Below, in pieces: positions 1 to 9,186 of a DNA stretch of 64,000 bases (the first letter of the stretch is position 1; each line of letters opens with the position of its first letter). This stretch comes from Candidatus Woesearchaeota archaeon (GTDB taxonomy: Archaea > Nanobdellota > Nanobdellia > Woesearchaeales > GW2011-AR9), in NCBI GenBank assembly GCA_018302605.1, contig JAGVZN010000025.1, positions 2,693-66,692 on the forward strand, read 5' to 3'. The notes below the pieces were generated by a model that worked only from the letters and a program-made list of their open reading frames with translations, searched no databases and was not told the origin of the DNA. The position numbers and the translations under genes were made by a program.

Positions 1-543
1 AAGAGAGATTTAGTAATCATCTTTTGTTCCAAACGTTCGACTGTTGAACTACTCACCAAAAATCTTCGCCTGCAAGGCATCAAAGCTGACATGCTGCACG
101 GGAAGATGACCCAGAACAAACGGCTCCATGTCATCGATCAATTCCACGCCGGGAAAGCAACGATTCTTGTTGCTTCATCTGTTGCCGCTCGGGGCTTGGA
201 CATCAAAGATGTCAGCCACGTCTTTAATTACGATCTGGCGCAGGATCCCCAGGAATATGTGCATCGAATCGGGCGGACAGCGCGTGCCGGAGAATCAGGC
301 AAAGCAATCACCCTTTTGAGCCATCTGGATCACGATACGTTCCGCCAGATCCTTTCCCGCTACCACCTAACCGTCCATGAGCTGCCCAAAGAGAATTATC
401 CTTTGTTGGGCTTCAACACACACTTTGAAGACCGTGAACGTCGTGATGGCGGTTTCCATCGGGGCAGCCGCTTTCCGCGTGATGAACGACGTCCTTTCCC
501 TCCGCGCCGGCGCAATTACTCCCGGTCATTGACCCGGAATTGA
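1..543 (+). CDS. DEAD-box RNA helicase, C-terminal part (5' end lies outside the window)
   Basis: The frame of ORF 91..543 stays open back to nt 1. Helicase C-domain motifs are present (ILVASSVAARGLDI, HRIGRTARAG), followed by an R/D/E-rich tail. Confidence 0.8.
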   Translation, partial: KRDLVIIFCSKRSTVELLTKNLRLQGIKADMLHGKMTQNKRLHVIDQFHAGKATILVASSVAARGLDIKDVSHVFNYDLAQDPQEYVHRIGRTARAGESGKAITLLSHLDHDTFRQILSRYHLTVHELPKENYPLLGFNTHFEDRERRDGGFHRGSRFPRDERRPFPPRRRNYSRSLTRN

Positions 544-597
544 GCTGATGTAGTTTTTGGTGAAATGGGGGTTTATCTGTCCAATTCAGAATTCAGG

Positions 598-1023
598 CTA
601 AAAAAGTCTTGCTTTAATCCTATCGTATGCAGAAAAAACCCTTTCTATGTCATCGATAGTCGGCCTTCTTTCAAAATAACCAATCGCCAATGTATCTAAT
701 GGAAGATTCTCTCGATAAGCTACTACTCTTTTTACTCTTTTTTCTGTTCCTTCTGTTATTGTTCCGATTAAATCTAAAGCTTCACTTTCAGCGGTATTTT
801 TTACAATCCTATACTTTGTTAAATTTAACTCCATTTGTTCTGGTGAAACAACTGCAGAAAATAAAAATCCCAAACTAAATCCAAAACCGTCTCCAGGATT
901 TTCTTCTGAACCTCGTAATCCGAAATGTCCGTCTATCAAAGGGGAATATCTGTATGGTTTTTCCTCTAAATAGTCAAAAATCTCTTCCATCCAGCCGGGA
1001 ATCTGTGGGGGTACTTCAGCCAT
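598..1023 (-). CDS. hypothetical protein (141 aa), AT-rich gene
   Basis: Clean ORF with no recognisable motif. Its composition looks more AT-rich than the neighbouring genes. Confidence 0.45.
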   Translation of the reverse strand: MAEVPPQIPGWMEEIFDYLEEKPYRYSPLIDGHFGLRGSEENPGDGFGFSLGFLFSAVVSPEQMELNLTKYRIVKNTAESEALDLIGTITEGTEKRVKRVVAYRENLPLDTLAIGYFERRPTIDDIERVFSAYDRIKARLF

Positions 1024-1087
1024 GATAGAATAAGATATTGCTCATTTCTTTATAAAAGTTTGGGCAAAAAAAGCACAATTCACTTTC

Positions 1088-3592
1088 TCACCCGAACCGA
1101 TCAAGACTTCTCTGCTCTTCCAATCGTTTCACTTTTATCTTGCGCATCAGGTCGTCATCACGCTCCAGCAGCCGTTGAATTTCCTGCGCCCTGGCAATGA
1201 CCGGCTGAGGCAGGCCGGCGGCCTGCGCTACGTGGAGGCCATAACTCTGGTCCGTTCCTCCGGCAATCAGTTTCCGTAAGAAGACAACGTTCCCCTGTTC
1301 TTCTTTGACGGCAAGGTTATAGTTTTTTATTCTCGGCAGCTTCTCCGCCAGGGAATTCAAGACGTGGTAATGTGTTGCAAAAAGCGTTTTCGCTTTAAGC
1401 ACGTTATGGATATGCTCAGCGACGCTCCAGGCGATGGAAACGCCATCAAAAGTAGATGTCCCTCGGCCGATCTCATCCATGATCAGCAGGCTTCGTTCCG
1501 TGGCATTATGAAGGATTGCTGCGGTTTCAGTCATCTCCAGCATGAACGTGGACTGTCCTGAACTGATATCGTCAGCAGCTCCGACGCGGGTGAAAATCCG
1601 GTCGACGATACCCACCAGCGCTTCCTCGGCCGGAACAAAGCTGCCAATCTGGGCGAGGAGGACGATCAGCGCCACTTGCCTCATGATTGTACTTTTTCCC
1701 GCCATGTTTGGGCCGGTAATCAACATCATCTCTCCGGCAGCGAGTGAAATATCATTGGAGATGAAGCGCGGCTCGACTCGTTCAACGACTGGATGGCGCG
1801 CCTTGCGTATCTGGAGGACACTCTCGTCTACGAAGTGCGGGCGGCAGTACTGATATTCAACTGCCGTCTTGGCAAAAGAGCAAAGCACGTCAAGCATCGC
1901 TAATTTCCGGGCGATTTCCTGAAATTGTTCAATGTGTTGGAGAAGATCCTGAAGGATCTGTTGATATAATTGATACTCCAATTCGTTCATCTTCTCTTCG
2001 GCGGTAAGGATCTTTTCTTCAATCAGCCTTAGTTCTTCCGTGATAAACCGTTCGCCTTGGGCCGTCGTCTGTTTTCTGATGTAAAGAGCAGGGACATTTT
2101 CGAGATTTTTCTTTGCCACTTCGATAAAATAACCAAAGACGCGGGTATATCCGATTTTGAGATGGGCGATCCCGGTCCGCTCTCTTTCCCGCTCCTCGAT
2201 ATTCTGAAGAAAACGCCGGCTGTCTCTCTTGATTGTCGCCAATTCAGCTAATTCAGGGTGAAATTCTGGTTTGATCATCCCCCCTTCCCGGATCGTAGCG
2301 GGAGGGTCATCACGCAACACTCTGATAAGAAGATCAAGCATCGGCGTCAGCAGCGGCAATGATTTTATCTCCTGAAGCAATGGCGACGAAGGTGCGTTTT
2401 GCATTTTCAGTTGAATGTTTGGAATGGACTGCAGGGAAGTACGAAGCGAGATCAGATCACGTGGAGAAGCCGTCCCATACTGAACTCTCCCCATCAAACG
2501 TTCAATGTCGGCAATTTTTGTGAGGAGAAAACGCAGTTCTTCACGAAGAATCATCTCTTTAGCCAGAATCTCCACCGCATCCAGCCGTTGTTCGATCTCT
2601 TTCACATTGAGCAGCGGCTCGCGCAGCCATTTCCTGAGCAGCCGTGATCCAGCCGCGGAATTGGTCATTTCCAAGATGGAAAGAAGTGTTCCCCGCGGGC
2701 TTCCATCGCGGATGTTCTGGAGGATTTCCAGATTGCGGAACGTACTGGCATCGAGCAGCATCGTCTGCTGGTTGCTGCGCAGGACCAGAGTCTTGATATG
2801 GGCTGCTGAATTCTTCTGTGTATCAATGACATAATGAAGAAGAGCGCCAGCCGCACCGATCATGGAAGAATCTGCACTGATTCCAAAAGAATCAAGGGTG
2901 GGCCGCTGGAAGTGATCCAACAATTTCTGCCCAGCATTTTTCTTGCTGAAAAAATAATCATCAAGCGTGTTCACGGCACAGCCTTGCGCTTTTATCTGCT
3001 GGATCAGTTCGGTGTTAACCTGCAGGCTTGCGGGAATGATGCACTCTCTCGGCCGAAGCCGGACCAGATCGTGCAGGACTGCACTCTCCTGAGCATGACT
3101 GGTTACCCAGAATTCTCCGGTGGAAATGTCGCACCAGGCGACGGCATGTTCATCTTTGGAAACGGTTAATGCCAAAAGATAATTATTTTCTTTTTCTTCG
3201 AGGATCGACGATTCGATCACCGTTCCGGGTGTTACAATCCGCACCACGCCGCGCTTGACCAGCCCTTTGGCTAGCTTTGGATCTTCTAATTGCTCAATGA
3301 TCGCCACTTTGTGGCCTTTTCGGATGAGTTTGCCCAAGTAGGGATCGAGTGCATGAAAAGGAATCCCGGCCAAAGGCGCGCGTCTTTCTCCCTTTCCCCG
3401 AGCAGTAAGTGTAATTTCCAGTTCCCGCGCCGCAGTAACTGCATCTTCATAAAACATCTCGTAAAAATCCCCCATACGCAGCATGATCAGGCAGTCGGGA
3501 TGGATTAGTTTGGCATCACGATATTGTTTCATACCCGGAGTAAGGTTCTCCGGTTGAACATCAAAGACGCTGGGGGGGTCTGCCATATCCAT
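1088..3592 (-). CDS. mutS: DNA mismatch repair protein MutS (MutS1 type)
   Basis: N-terminal TPGMKQY..GDFYEMFYEDA..LAGIPFHA, Walker A GPNMAGKST and DEIGRGTS motifs. I place the start at the ATG at 3592 (MDMADPPS), 19 nt downstream of a TTTAAA box. The longer track ORF (to 3745) reads through a repeat element. Confidence 0.9.
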   Translation of the reverse strand: MDMADPPSVFDVQPENLTPGMKQYRDAKLIHPDCLIMLRMGDFYEMFYEDAVTAARELEITLTARGKGERRAPLAGIPFHALDPYLGKLIRKGHKVAIIEQLEDPKLAKGLVKRGVVRIVTPGTVIESSILEEKENNYLLALTVSKDEHAVAWCDISTGEFWVTSHAQESAVLHDLVRLRPRECIIPASLQVNTELIQQIKAQGCAVNTLDDYFFSKKNAGQKLLDHFQRPTLDSFGISADSSMIGAAGALLHYVIDTQKNSAAHIKTLVLRSNQQTMLLDASTFRNLEILQNIRDGSPRGTLLSILEMTNSAAGSRLLRKWLREPLLNVKEIEQRLDAVEILAKEMILREELRFLLTKIADIERLMGRVQYGTASPRDLISLRTSLQSIPNIQLKMQNAPSSPLLQEIKSLPLLTPMLDLLIRVLRDDPPATIREGGMIKPEFHPELAELATIKRDSRRFLQNIEERERERTGIAHLKIGYTRVFGYFIEVAKKNLENVPALYIRKQTTAQGERFITEELRLIEEKILTAEEKMNELEYQLYQQILQDLLQHIEQFQEIARKLAMLDVLCSFAKTAVEYQYCRPHFVDESVLQIRKARHPVVERVEPRFISNDISLAAGEMMLITGPNMAGKSTIMRQVALIVLLAQIGSFVPAEEALVGIVDRIFTRVGAADDISSGQSTFMLEMTETAAILHNATERSLLIMDEIGRGTSTFDGVSIAWSVAEHIHNVLKAKTLFATHYHVLNSLAEKLPRIKNYNLAVKEEQGNVVFLRKLIAGGTDQSYGLHVAQAAGLPQPVIARAQEIQRLLERDDDLMRKIKVKRLEEQRSLDRFG

Positions 3593-3610
3593 CTTTTCCC
3601 TCTTTCCACT

Positions 3611-3617
3611 TTTAAAG
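3611..3617 (-). promoter_or_regulatory. TATA-like box (TTTAAAG) for leaderless mutS; it is palindromic and also faces element A1
   Basis: An AT box lies 19 nt upstream of the mutS ATG. The same spacing pattern is seen at many genes in this window. Confidence 0.4.
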
Positions 3618-3631
3618 ATTATTGTAATCAA

Positions 3632-3791
3632 GGGCCTAGTAAAAAAAGTCGTCCGCCTGGCCTGAAGATTGACCGTGGGAAGCGATCTCCAGAAACAGGT
3701 GCGAAAACAAGCAACTTGAATGGCAGATCCCGCAACCATTAACACAACTGGTTTTCGCCGCGGTCGCCAGGACGACTTTTTTCACAGAGCT
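3632..3791 (+). mobile_element. MITE-like hairpin element, family A copy 1 (160 nt)
   Basis: The termini AAAAAGTCGTCC...GGACGACTTTTT pair with each other. The element is flanked by the direct repeat (T)GTAATCAA at 3623-3631 and 3791-3799. It is homologous to 11819-11981 and 44910-45071. Confidence 0.7.
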
Positions 3792-4215
3792 GTAATCAAA
3801 TGAAAGAAAGACAGCTCACTTTTTTCACCAATTTTTTTTACCAAAAAATCACCGTAAATTCCTTTTCCTGTTGAAAAGAATTACCCCTTTTTCTCCGACG
3901 AGAAAATAAAAAGAATCGTCGTGAAAAAAAAGAGGGAAACATTAATATAAGATAACCTCTATACTAGAATCATCAATTAAAAGAGGTGTGTGATTCAATG
4001 GCTAAGAAAAAAGCAGCTGCTAAGAAAAAAAGACAATAAGTAGGCATTGTCCTTAGCTCAGCATTTGGTTATTCTTTCTTTTTTTTTCTTTTTATCATTC
4101 TTTCTCAAAACCATTTTCTTTCAGAATCATCCTCTCTCAGAATCATCCTTTCTCTGGTTTTGCTTCCGTTTCTTTTCCGAAGATTAGTTTGAGGACTATT
4201 TGAGAATTAGTTTGT

Positions 4216-4836
4216 TTACTGATTTTCCCCTTTCAGCTTTCGGTGTTTATGGTAGTGCGCGCTTCTCACACCATCTTCTTTGATGCTCTTTTTTCTCAAT
4301 CCGAAGAGGATGAGCCAGCCGATGACGGAAATAATTGCAACGAAGAACAGCGTATACGCGAAACCGATAAATTCAGCAATTGCCCCTCCGATTGCGGCCG
4401 TCCCGGCAGTTCCTAATCCGGTTGCCGTCGAATAAAGGCTCCATTCGTAGCCTTCATGCTTCTTGTCCAGATTAATGCTCCATAACGCCAGCCACGTTGG
4501 AAAAGCAAGGGCACCGCCGATACCGTAAAGCACCTGCGCCGCATAAATATGATAGATGTTGGTCGAGAAAAGATAGAGGATCGGCGTGAGCACAGTCAGA
4601 AAAGCACCAATCAACAGCCATCCCACTTTGTTATCATGCTTGTCAACATAGCGTGAAAAAGGGAGCTGGGTAGTGCTCTTCACGAGAAGATAGATCGTAC
4701 TGGCGACGCCTGCCGTAAAGATTGTGCCGCCGGCAATATTATCTTTCACAAAAATGGCAAAAATCGGGCCGATCAGTCCAAAACCGGTGGCCACGAAGAG
4801 ATCCGAAAGAAGCAAGAGCTTGATTGTATTATTCAT
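4216..4836 (-). CDS. MFS-like membrane protein, half-size (about 6 TM, 206 aa)
   Basis: Six hydrophobic helices and G-rich MFS-like loops. It is half the usual MFS length. Confidence 0.55.
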   Translation of the reverse strand: MNNTIKLLLLSDLFVATGFGLIGPIFAIFVKDNIAGGTIFTAGVASTIYLLVKSTTQLPFSRYVDKHDNKVGWLLIGAFLTVLTPILYLFSTNIYHIYAAQVLYGIGGALAFPTWLALWSINLDKKHEGYEWSLYSTATGLGTAGTAAIGGAIAEFIGFAYTLFFVAIISVIGWLILFGLRKKSIKEDGVRSAHYHKHRKLKGENQ

Positions 4837-4851
4837 TAGTATTACCTTTTT

Positions 4852-5997
4852 CTATCTTCGGCGATGGACACGGGCAACAACGTGTGCCGGATGCGGATCG
4901 TTAAATTTTAATTCTACGATGAGGCGGTTCATCACCTGATCACGGGTAATATATCCTATCGTCTGTTTTTTCTCCTTAACCGGAATGATCTCTGTCTTTT
5001 CTTCCAAGAAAAGGCGGAAAGCAGTATAGGCAGAAGCTTTCCGAGCCAAAGAAGGAAGACGTGATAAAGGCAGGGCAAGTTGTTTTACTTTCATCACTTT
5101 CTGGAGCTGCGGGGAGATCTGGGCCAGCCGCTGCAGGTCGATAACTCCCTGGAATGCCGCGCCCTGCACGACAAAAAAACGTTTCCCAGAAAGAGCATCT
5201 TTCTTCAGGAATTCAGAGAAAGGCAAGTCTGCCGAAAGTACGGGCAGGTCGGTCTGCAGCAGCTCTTCAACTTTTACGGAAGAGAGTGTCTCTTTCACGA
5301 CGACTTGCTCATAGCTGGTGCCAGCGATGACATAGAGAAATCCTCCTAAGAGAACAAACCATAATCCGTTCGCTGTTCCGGCGAAGAGAGCATAAAGACC
5401 GAGGAAGAAAAGAACGCCGGCGACAAATTTTCCCCCGCCCGCGGCTATCCGCGTCGCTTTTTTCAGGTCTTTGAAGTATCCATACAAAACTGCCCGAAAA
5501 GCTCTTCCCCCATCTAAAGGATATCCCGGGACAAGATTGAAGATGGCCAGGACAAGATTCAGTTGAAAGAGATAATAGTTTATCGCCGTGACATAGAAAT
5601 TCACATCCCAGCGATATAGTCCATAACAGAGGCCCGCCAGAACCAGGGAAAAGAGCGGACCGGCGATGGCCATCAAGAATTCTGATTTTGGTTCGATGTC
5701 TTCTTTAGAGATTCCGGCAACTCCGCCAAAAAAGAAGAGGGTGATGGAATTGACTTTAATCTTCTTCCAGCGCGCAACCAGCGAATGGCTTAACTCATGG
5801 AGAAGGACGGAAACAAAAAGGAGGAGTGCGGCGCTGATGCCCATCAGCCAATAACTTTGAGTAGCAAGATTGGGATAATATTGCGGGAAGAAGCCGCCAG
5901 CCAGGCTCCATGACAGGATGACAAAGATAAACCACCAGGAAAAGTGGAGATAGATGTCAACTCCCAGAATACGCATGACTTTCGTTCCGCTCTCCAT
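4852..5997 (-). CDS. M50 site-2 protease family zinc metalloprotease with C-terminal CBS pair
   Basis: HELSHSLVA (HExxH) lies within a TM helix. NLVPGYPLDGGR motif and a CBS-like C-terminus are present. The start may be M8 (5976). Confidence 0.8.
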   Translation of the reverse strand: MESGTKVMRILGVDIYLHFSWWFIFVILSWSLAGGFFPQYYPNLATQSYWLMGISAALLLFVSVLLHELSHSLVARWKKIKVNSITLFFFGGVAGISKEDIEPKSEFLMAIAGPLFSLVLAGLCYGLYRWDVNFYVTAINYYLFQLNLVLAIFNLVPGYPLDGGRAFRAVLYGYFKDLKKATRIAAGGGKFVAGVLFFLGLYALFAGTANGLWFVLLGGFLYVIAGTSYEQVVVKETLSSVKVEELLQTDLPVLSADLPFSEFLKKDALSGKRFFVVQGAAFQGVIDLQRLAQISPQLQKVMKVKQLALPLSRLPSLARKASAYTAFRLFLEEKTEIIPVKEKKQTIGYITRDQVMNRLIVELKFNDPHPAHVVARVHRRR

Positions 5998-6101
5998 TTA
6001 TACTCTTGAGGGTGTATTCCTTTAAAATGCTTTGTCATCATTAAAGAATGGGGAATAAGAATGGAGCGAATGGCTTTTTCGGGATTCTGTCAGGATTATC
6101 T

Positions 6102-6872
6102 TTAGCCATTCTTTTTCGGCACTAACTCTTGAGCTATCTTCCATACCTCCAGAAAGTAGAACTCCATCGCCTTGGCTAATGGACCATGTAAAATCTGTAG
6201 ATTATATCTTTCCGGCGCCTCGCTTCCTTTTAGCGTGATTTTACATTCATTGCCGTCTGCGACAAAAATAGAAAAGTTGTCCAAAGGCATGTATCTAATC
6301 TTTATCCCGGCATCCCGATATGCCTGGATGACACTCCATTTCTTTTCCGGAGGGCCGACAAGGATAATGCGCACATCTACGCCCCGTTTGACGGCAGCAC
6401 GGAATTCGTGCAGACGATGATATTTGTCCGCGACTTGTGTCATTTTCCAGCCGAGGATATAATATGTTTTCTGGACACGTTTGACCACATCACTATAGAT
6501 GTTCATTGAAGCTTCCTGGCCCTGTGTCAGGCGGATAACTTCTTTTTTTTCAGAAAACATTTTGCTGTGAAAAATTTCTATGGCATCCTGCACAAGATCA
6601 TCTTGCAATCGGTGTAATTCTTCCTTCTTTTTGGCGATTAACGATGCAACACCATTTTGCGGATGGATGGCCTCATAGCAGGTGGTGCCTCCGCTAAAGT
6701 ATTGAACCAATCCTTTTTCAACAAGCTTTTTTGCCGCGGGATAGACTGCCGTTGGTGGAAGCTGGGAAAGTTCAGAGATCTTTCGTGCATTGAGTGAGCC
6801 AAAAGCCAGCAAGGTCTCATATACTTTTGCTTCGTATCTGGTCAATCCCAATTGGCGTAGTTTTGTTTCCAT
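6102..6872 (-). CDS. TrmB-family transcriptional regulator
   Basis: N-terminal wHTH (LGLTRYEAKVYETLLAFGSLNARKISELSQLP) followed by a TrmB-type C-terminal domain. Confidence 0.7.
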   Translation of the reverse strand: METKLRQLGLTRYEAKVYETLLAFGSLNARKISELSQLPPTAVYPAAKKLVEKGLVQYFSGGTTCYEAIHPQNGVASLIAKKKEELHRLQDDLVQDAIEIFHSKMFSEKKEVIRLTQGQEASMNIYSDVVKRVQKTYYILGWKMTQVADKYHRLHEFRAAVKRGVDVRIILVGPPEKKWSVIQAYRDAGIKIRYMPLDNFSIFVADGNECKITLKGSEAPERYNLQILHGPLAKAMEFYFLEVWKIAQELVPKKNG

Positions 6873-6929
6873 TAATGATCCATAATTAATAATAATTTAT
6901 AAATATTACGGCCAATCCTGAGTATTATA

Positions 6930-7057
6930 TAAAGAGAAGTTTGAATAATTCAATTATTGATTTACAAACTTCTCAAGAGGAGGTGAAATAGTCGTAATTT
7001 TGGCTTGAACCAAACGATTTATTTACCAAAATTACTCTTTTTCAAACTCCTCTAAAG
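6930..7057 (+). repeat. Mosaic hairpin element, family D copy 1 (two hairpin modules)
   Basis: GAGAAGTTTGAATAATTCAATTATTGAT..CAAACTTCTC and GTAATTTTGGC..CCAAAATTAC hairpins. This copy is the reverse complement of 39681-39869 minus two inner hairpins. Confidence 0.6.
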
Positions 7058-7082
7058 AAGAATAACCGGAGGATTGAGATAC

Positions 7083-7913
7083 ATGGATTACAACACAGAA
7101 AAACAAATAGTCTTACAGGTCGCCGAAGAAGCGGCAAAAGAGATTCGTAGATACTATTTTGGGGATTTTATGGTTACGGATAAAGCAGACGGTACACCGG
7201 TAACTAACGCAGACATTGCAGCTAATCGGATTATTGTCGATGGGCTTCAAAAAGCGTTTCCAGAAGACGGAATTATTAGCGAAGAATTGGATGATATTGC
7301 TGGTGGAAGAACGTGGTACATCGATCCCATCGATGGAACAAAACAGTTCATCAGCCATAGTGATCAATTTGCCATTCACATCGGGCTTGCAGAAGAAGAA
7401 AAGCCAGTCTTTGGTCTGGTCTACAAGCCGCTGACGCACGAAGCCTATGCGTCTCAAGAAGATGGCGCCGGGCGATTGTATACCATCAACGGTGGGGAGG
7501 GGCAGTCGAAACTGCATTTGCGAAAAGCAGATGATGATCTGATCCTCATTACAAATACGCAATTTCTTCGTAGTGGGTATGGCCTAAAAATTATTGAGGA
7601 ACTGGGCAGGACATTCAAAAATGGCTGCCGGATTATGACTTCCGGTTCTCAAGGGCTGAGAATGATGAAAGTAGCCGAGGGGTTTGCCGATGCAAGTATC
7701 ATCAACATGCCTAACGGTTGCAGCACCTGGGATCTGTGTGCGCCACAGGCAATTGTGGAAGCAGTCGGCGGCTACGTTGCGTATCTTGATGGAAGTGCAA
7801 TAACATACTCTGGTCAAAGAGGACTAACCCAAGATTTCATCGTCGCGCGTTCCAAAGAGCTGGGAATTAATCTTTGCTCGGTGATTAAATCGGTGCTGGC
7901 GGAAAGAAAATAA
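7083..7913 (+). CDS. inositol monophosphatase / CysQ-type phosphatase family protein
   Basis: EELD and WYIDPIDGT metal-binding motifs. ATG at 7083 is preceded by GGAGG; the track start at 7074 is TTG. Confidence 0.75.
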   Translation: MDYNTEKQIVLQVAEEAAKEIRRYYFGDFMVTDKADGTPVTNADIAANRIIVDGLQKAFPEDGIISEELDDIAGGRTWYIDPIDGTKQFISHSDQFAIHIGLAEEEKPVFGLVYKPLTHEAYASQEDGAGRLYTINGGEGQSKLHLRKADDDLILITNTQFLRSGYGLKIIEELGRTFKNGCRIMTSGSQGLRMMKVAEGFADASIINMPNGCSTWDLCAPQAIVEAVGGYVAYLDGSAITYSGQRGLTQDFIVARSKELGINLCSVIKSVLAERK

Positions 7914-7936
7914 TTGTTCTATTCCCGCATCTTTGT

Positions 7937-8797
7937 CTATTCCACGATGACTTTCATTGCTTTCGTGGTCATGTACACGTCAGTAAAGAAACACTTCAGC
8001 GGCTGGTCAAATGTCCACTCAAAAGAATCACCGGGCAATAATTTTCCGCTTTTAACTTTGCGGCAGGCTTGAGTACCGATTAATTGAGAAGAGGGAACTG
8101 AACCCGTTCGCACATTGCTAAACAGCACCGTATCTCCCGCTTTCAGAGTCAAGAGTTCCGGGGAGAAGCCGTAATTAGTCAATTCAACAACGATGTCTGC
8201 GCTTTTCGGAACAGCGGCAACAGCTCCGCCGGTAAGATCATCCGCAGTATTCTCTTCGGGATTTGGTTCTTCCTTCTTTTCGGCGGCGGGCAATGCTTTG
8301 ACAATCTCAATGTCGACCTCTTCCACAGCGCCGGCATCAGCACCTTTCAGCACATCGACAAACAGGTCAACGAACTTCAGCTTTAGTTTATGAAAGAAGC
8401 CTTTGGCCTGGTACGTGATCTTCTTTTCACCCAAAGCTTTTTGCAACTGGGCCAGCGGATTTGGCGAGATCAGGATCTGGGCCACTGTCTTTTCATCAGT
8501 ATACACTTCCAGTGACGGATCGGAAACTTCATTGAGGCTGAGCGCTTGTATCTTTTTGTCTTCGGTGATGATTCCGATGATTGATTCTCCTGCACCATTC
8601 TTGAGATGGACATTGATCCGTTCGTCGCCGAATAATCTGGCTACTGGCCCGGACAATTCCTGGCCGACAGCTTCGCCCTGAACTTTCATGATCTCTGCTT
8701 CCAGATTGACCTGTTTTGTTTCAGCCAAGGCTAAGGGGATGGTGAGGATGAGAGCAAAGATCAGTACAATCACGAAAGGTCTGCTTTTCATGTTCAT
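7937..8797 (-). CDS. secreted protein with an SCP2-like middle region and a cupredoxin-like C-terminal domain (tentative)
   Basis: N-terminal signal peptide. The domain assignments are weak and come from pattern resemblance only. Confidence 0.5.
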   Translation of the reverse strand: MNMKSRPFVIVLIFALILTIPLALAETKQVNLEAEIMKVQGEAVGQELSGPVARLFGDERINVHLKNGAGESIIGIITEDKKIQALSLNEVSDPSLEVYTDEKTVAQILISPNPLAQLQKALGEKKITYQAKGFFHKLKLKFVDLFVDVLKGADAGAVEEVDIEIVKALPAAEKKEEPNPEENTADDLTGGAVAAVPKSADIVVELTNYGFSPELLTLKAGDTVLFSNVRTGSVPSSQLIGTQACRKVKSGKLLPGDSFEWTFDQPLKCFFTDVYMTTKAMKVIVE

Positions 8798-8887
8798 TCT
8801 AAATCATTCACTATATAAAAAGATTGCGGATAGATTTTTAAAGAAAAGACGGCCTGAGAAGAGAAAACGATTTTTAGAGGAAGAAAA

Positions 8888-9184
8888 ATGGCATTAAATG
8901 GAAAATATGTTGTAACAGCAGTTTTAAGCGCACTTGTCGGTTTTGTAGGGGGCATGTATTCTACTGATTATTTCAAACAACCAACCGCAGTCTATGTTCG
9001 AAATCTAAATTATGATACGAGAACAGATCTCATTATTGAAGACCGAGCTGGTGAACGTACCGTCTTTCTTCAAATGATTGGTGGAGATTATATGTGTCTT
9101 GATGAGTACACTAATGGGATAAATAAAGACACCGAAGCATTAGAACAGAAGATTAAAACCGAAGCGGGGAAGATCCCAAAATAA
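8888..9184 (+). CDS. hypothetical membrane-anchored protein (98 aa)
   Basis: Single N-terminal TM helix. The stop lies 2 nt before the next gene. Confidence 0.5.
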   Translation: MALNGKYVVTAVLSALVGFVGGMYSTDYFKQPTAVYVRNLNYDTRTDLIIEDRAGERTVFLQMIGGDYMCLDEYTNGINKDTEALEQKIKTEAGKIPK

Positions 9185-9186
9185 AC

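Noticed and set aside
3593-3745. 51-codon N-terminal extension of the MutS ORF in the six-frame track
   Set aside because: The extension reads through the A1 repeat element and past the TATA box. Similar pseudo-peptides (SLPTVNLQARRTTF) arise in other copies in different contexts. The conserved MutS N-terminus starts at the ATG at 3592.
3632-3791. Resemblance of the element start (GAGAAAAAGUCGUCC) to the RNase P RNA CR-I motif (GAGGAAAGUCC)
   Set aside because: Three to four copies per 64 kb with flanking target duplications fit a mobile element. The length (~160 nt) is too short, and no P4 partner or CR-IV/V motifs are evident.
4040-4215. Short direct repeats (CAGAATCATCCT x2 and ATTAGTTTG x2) downstream of the MFS gene
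   Set aside because: This is low-complexity, T-rich 3' region sequence. The repeats are too short and degenerate to call a feature.
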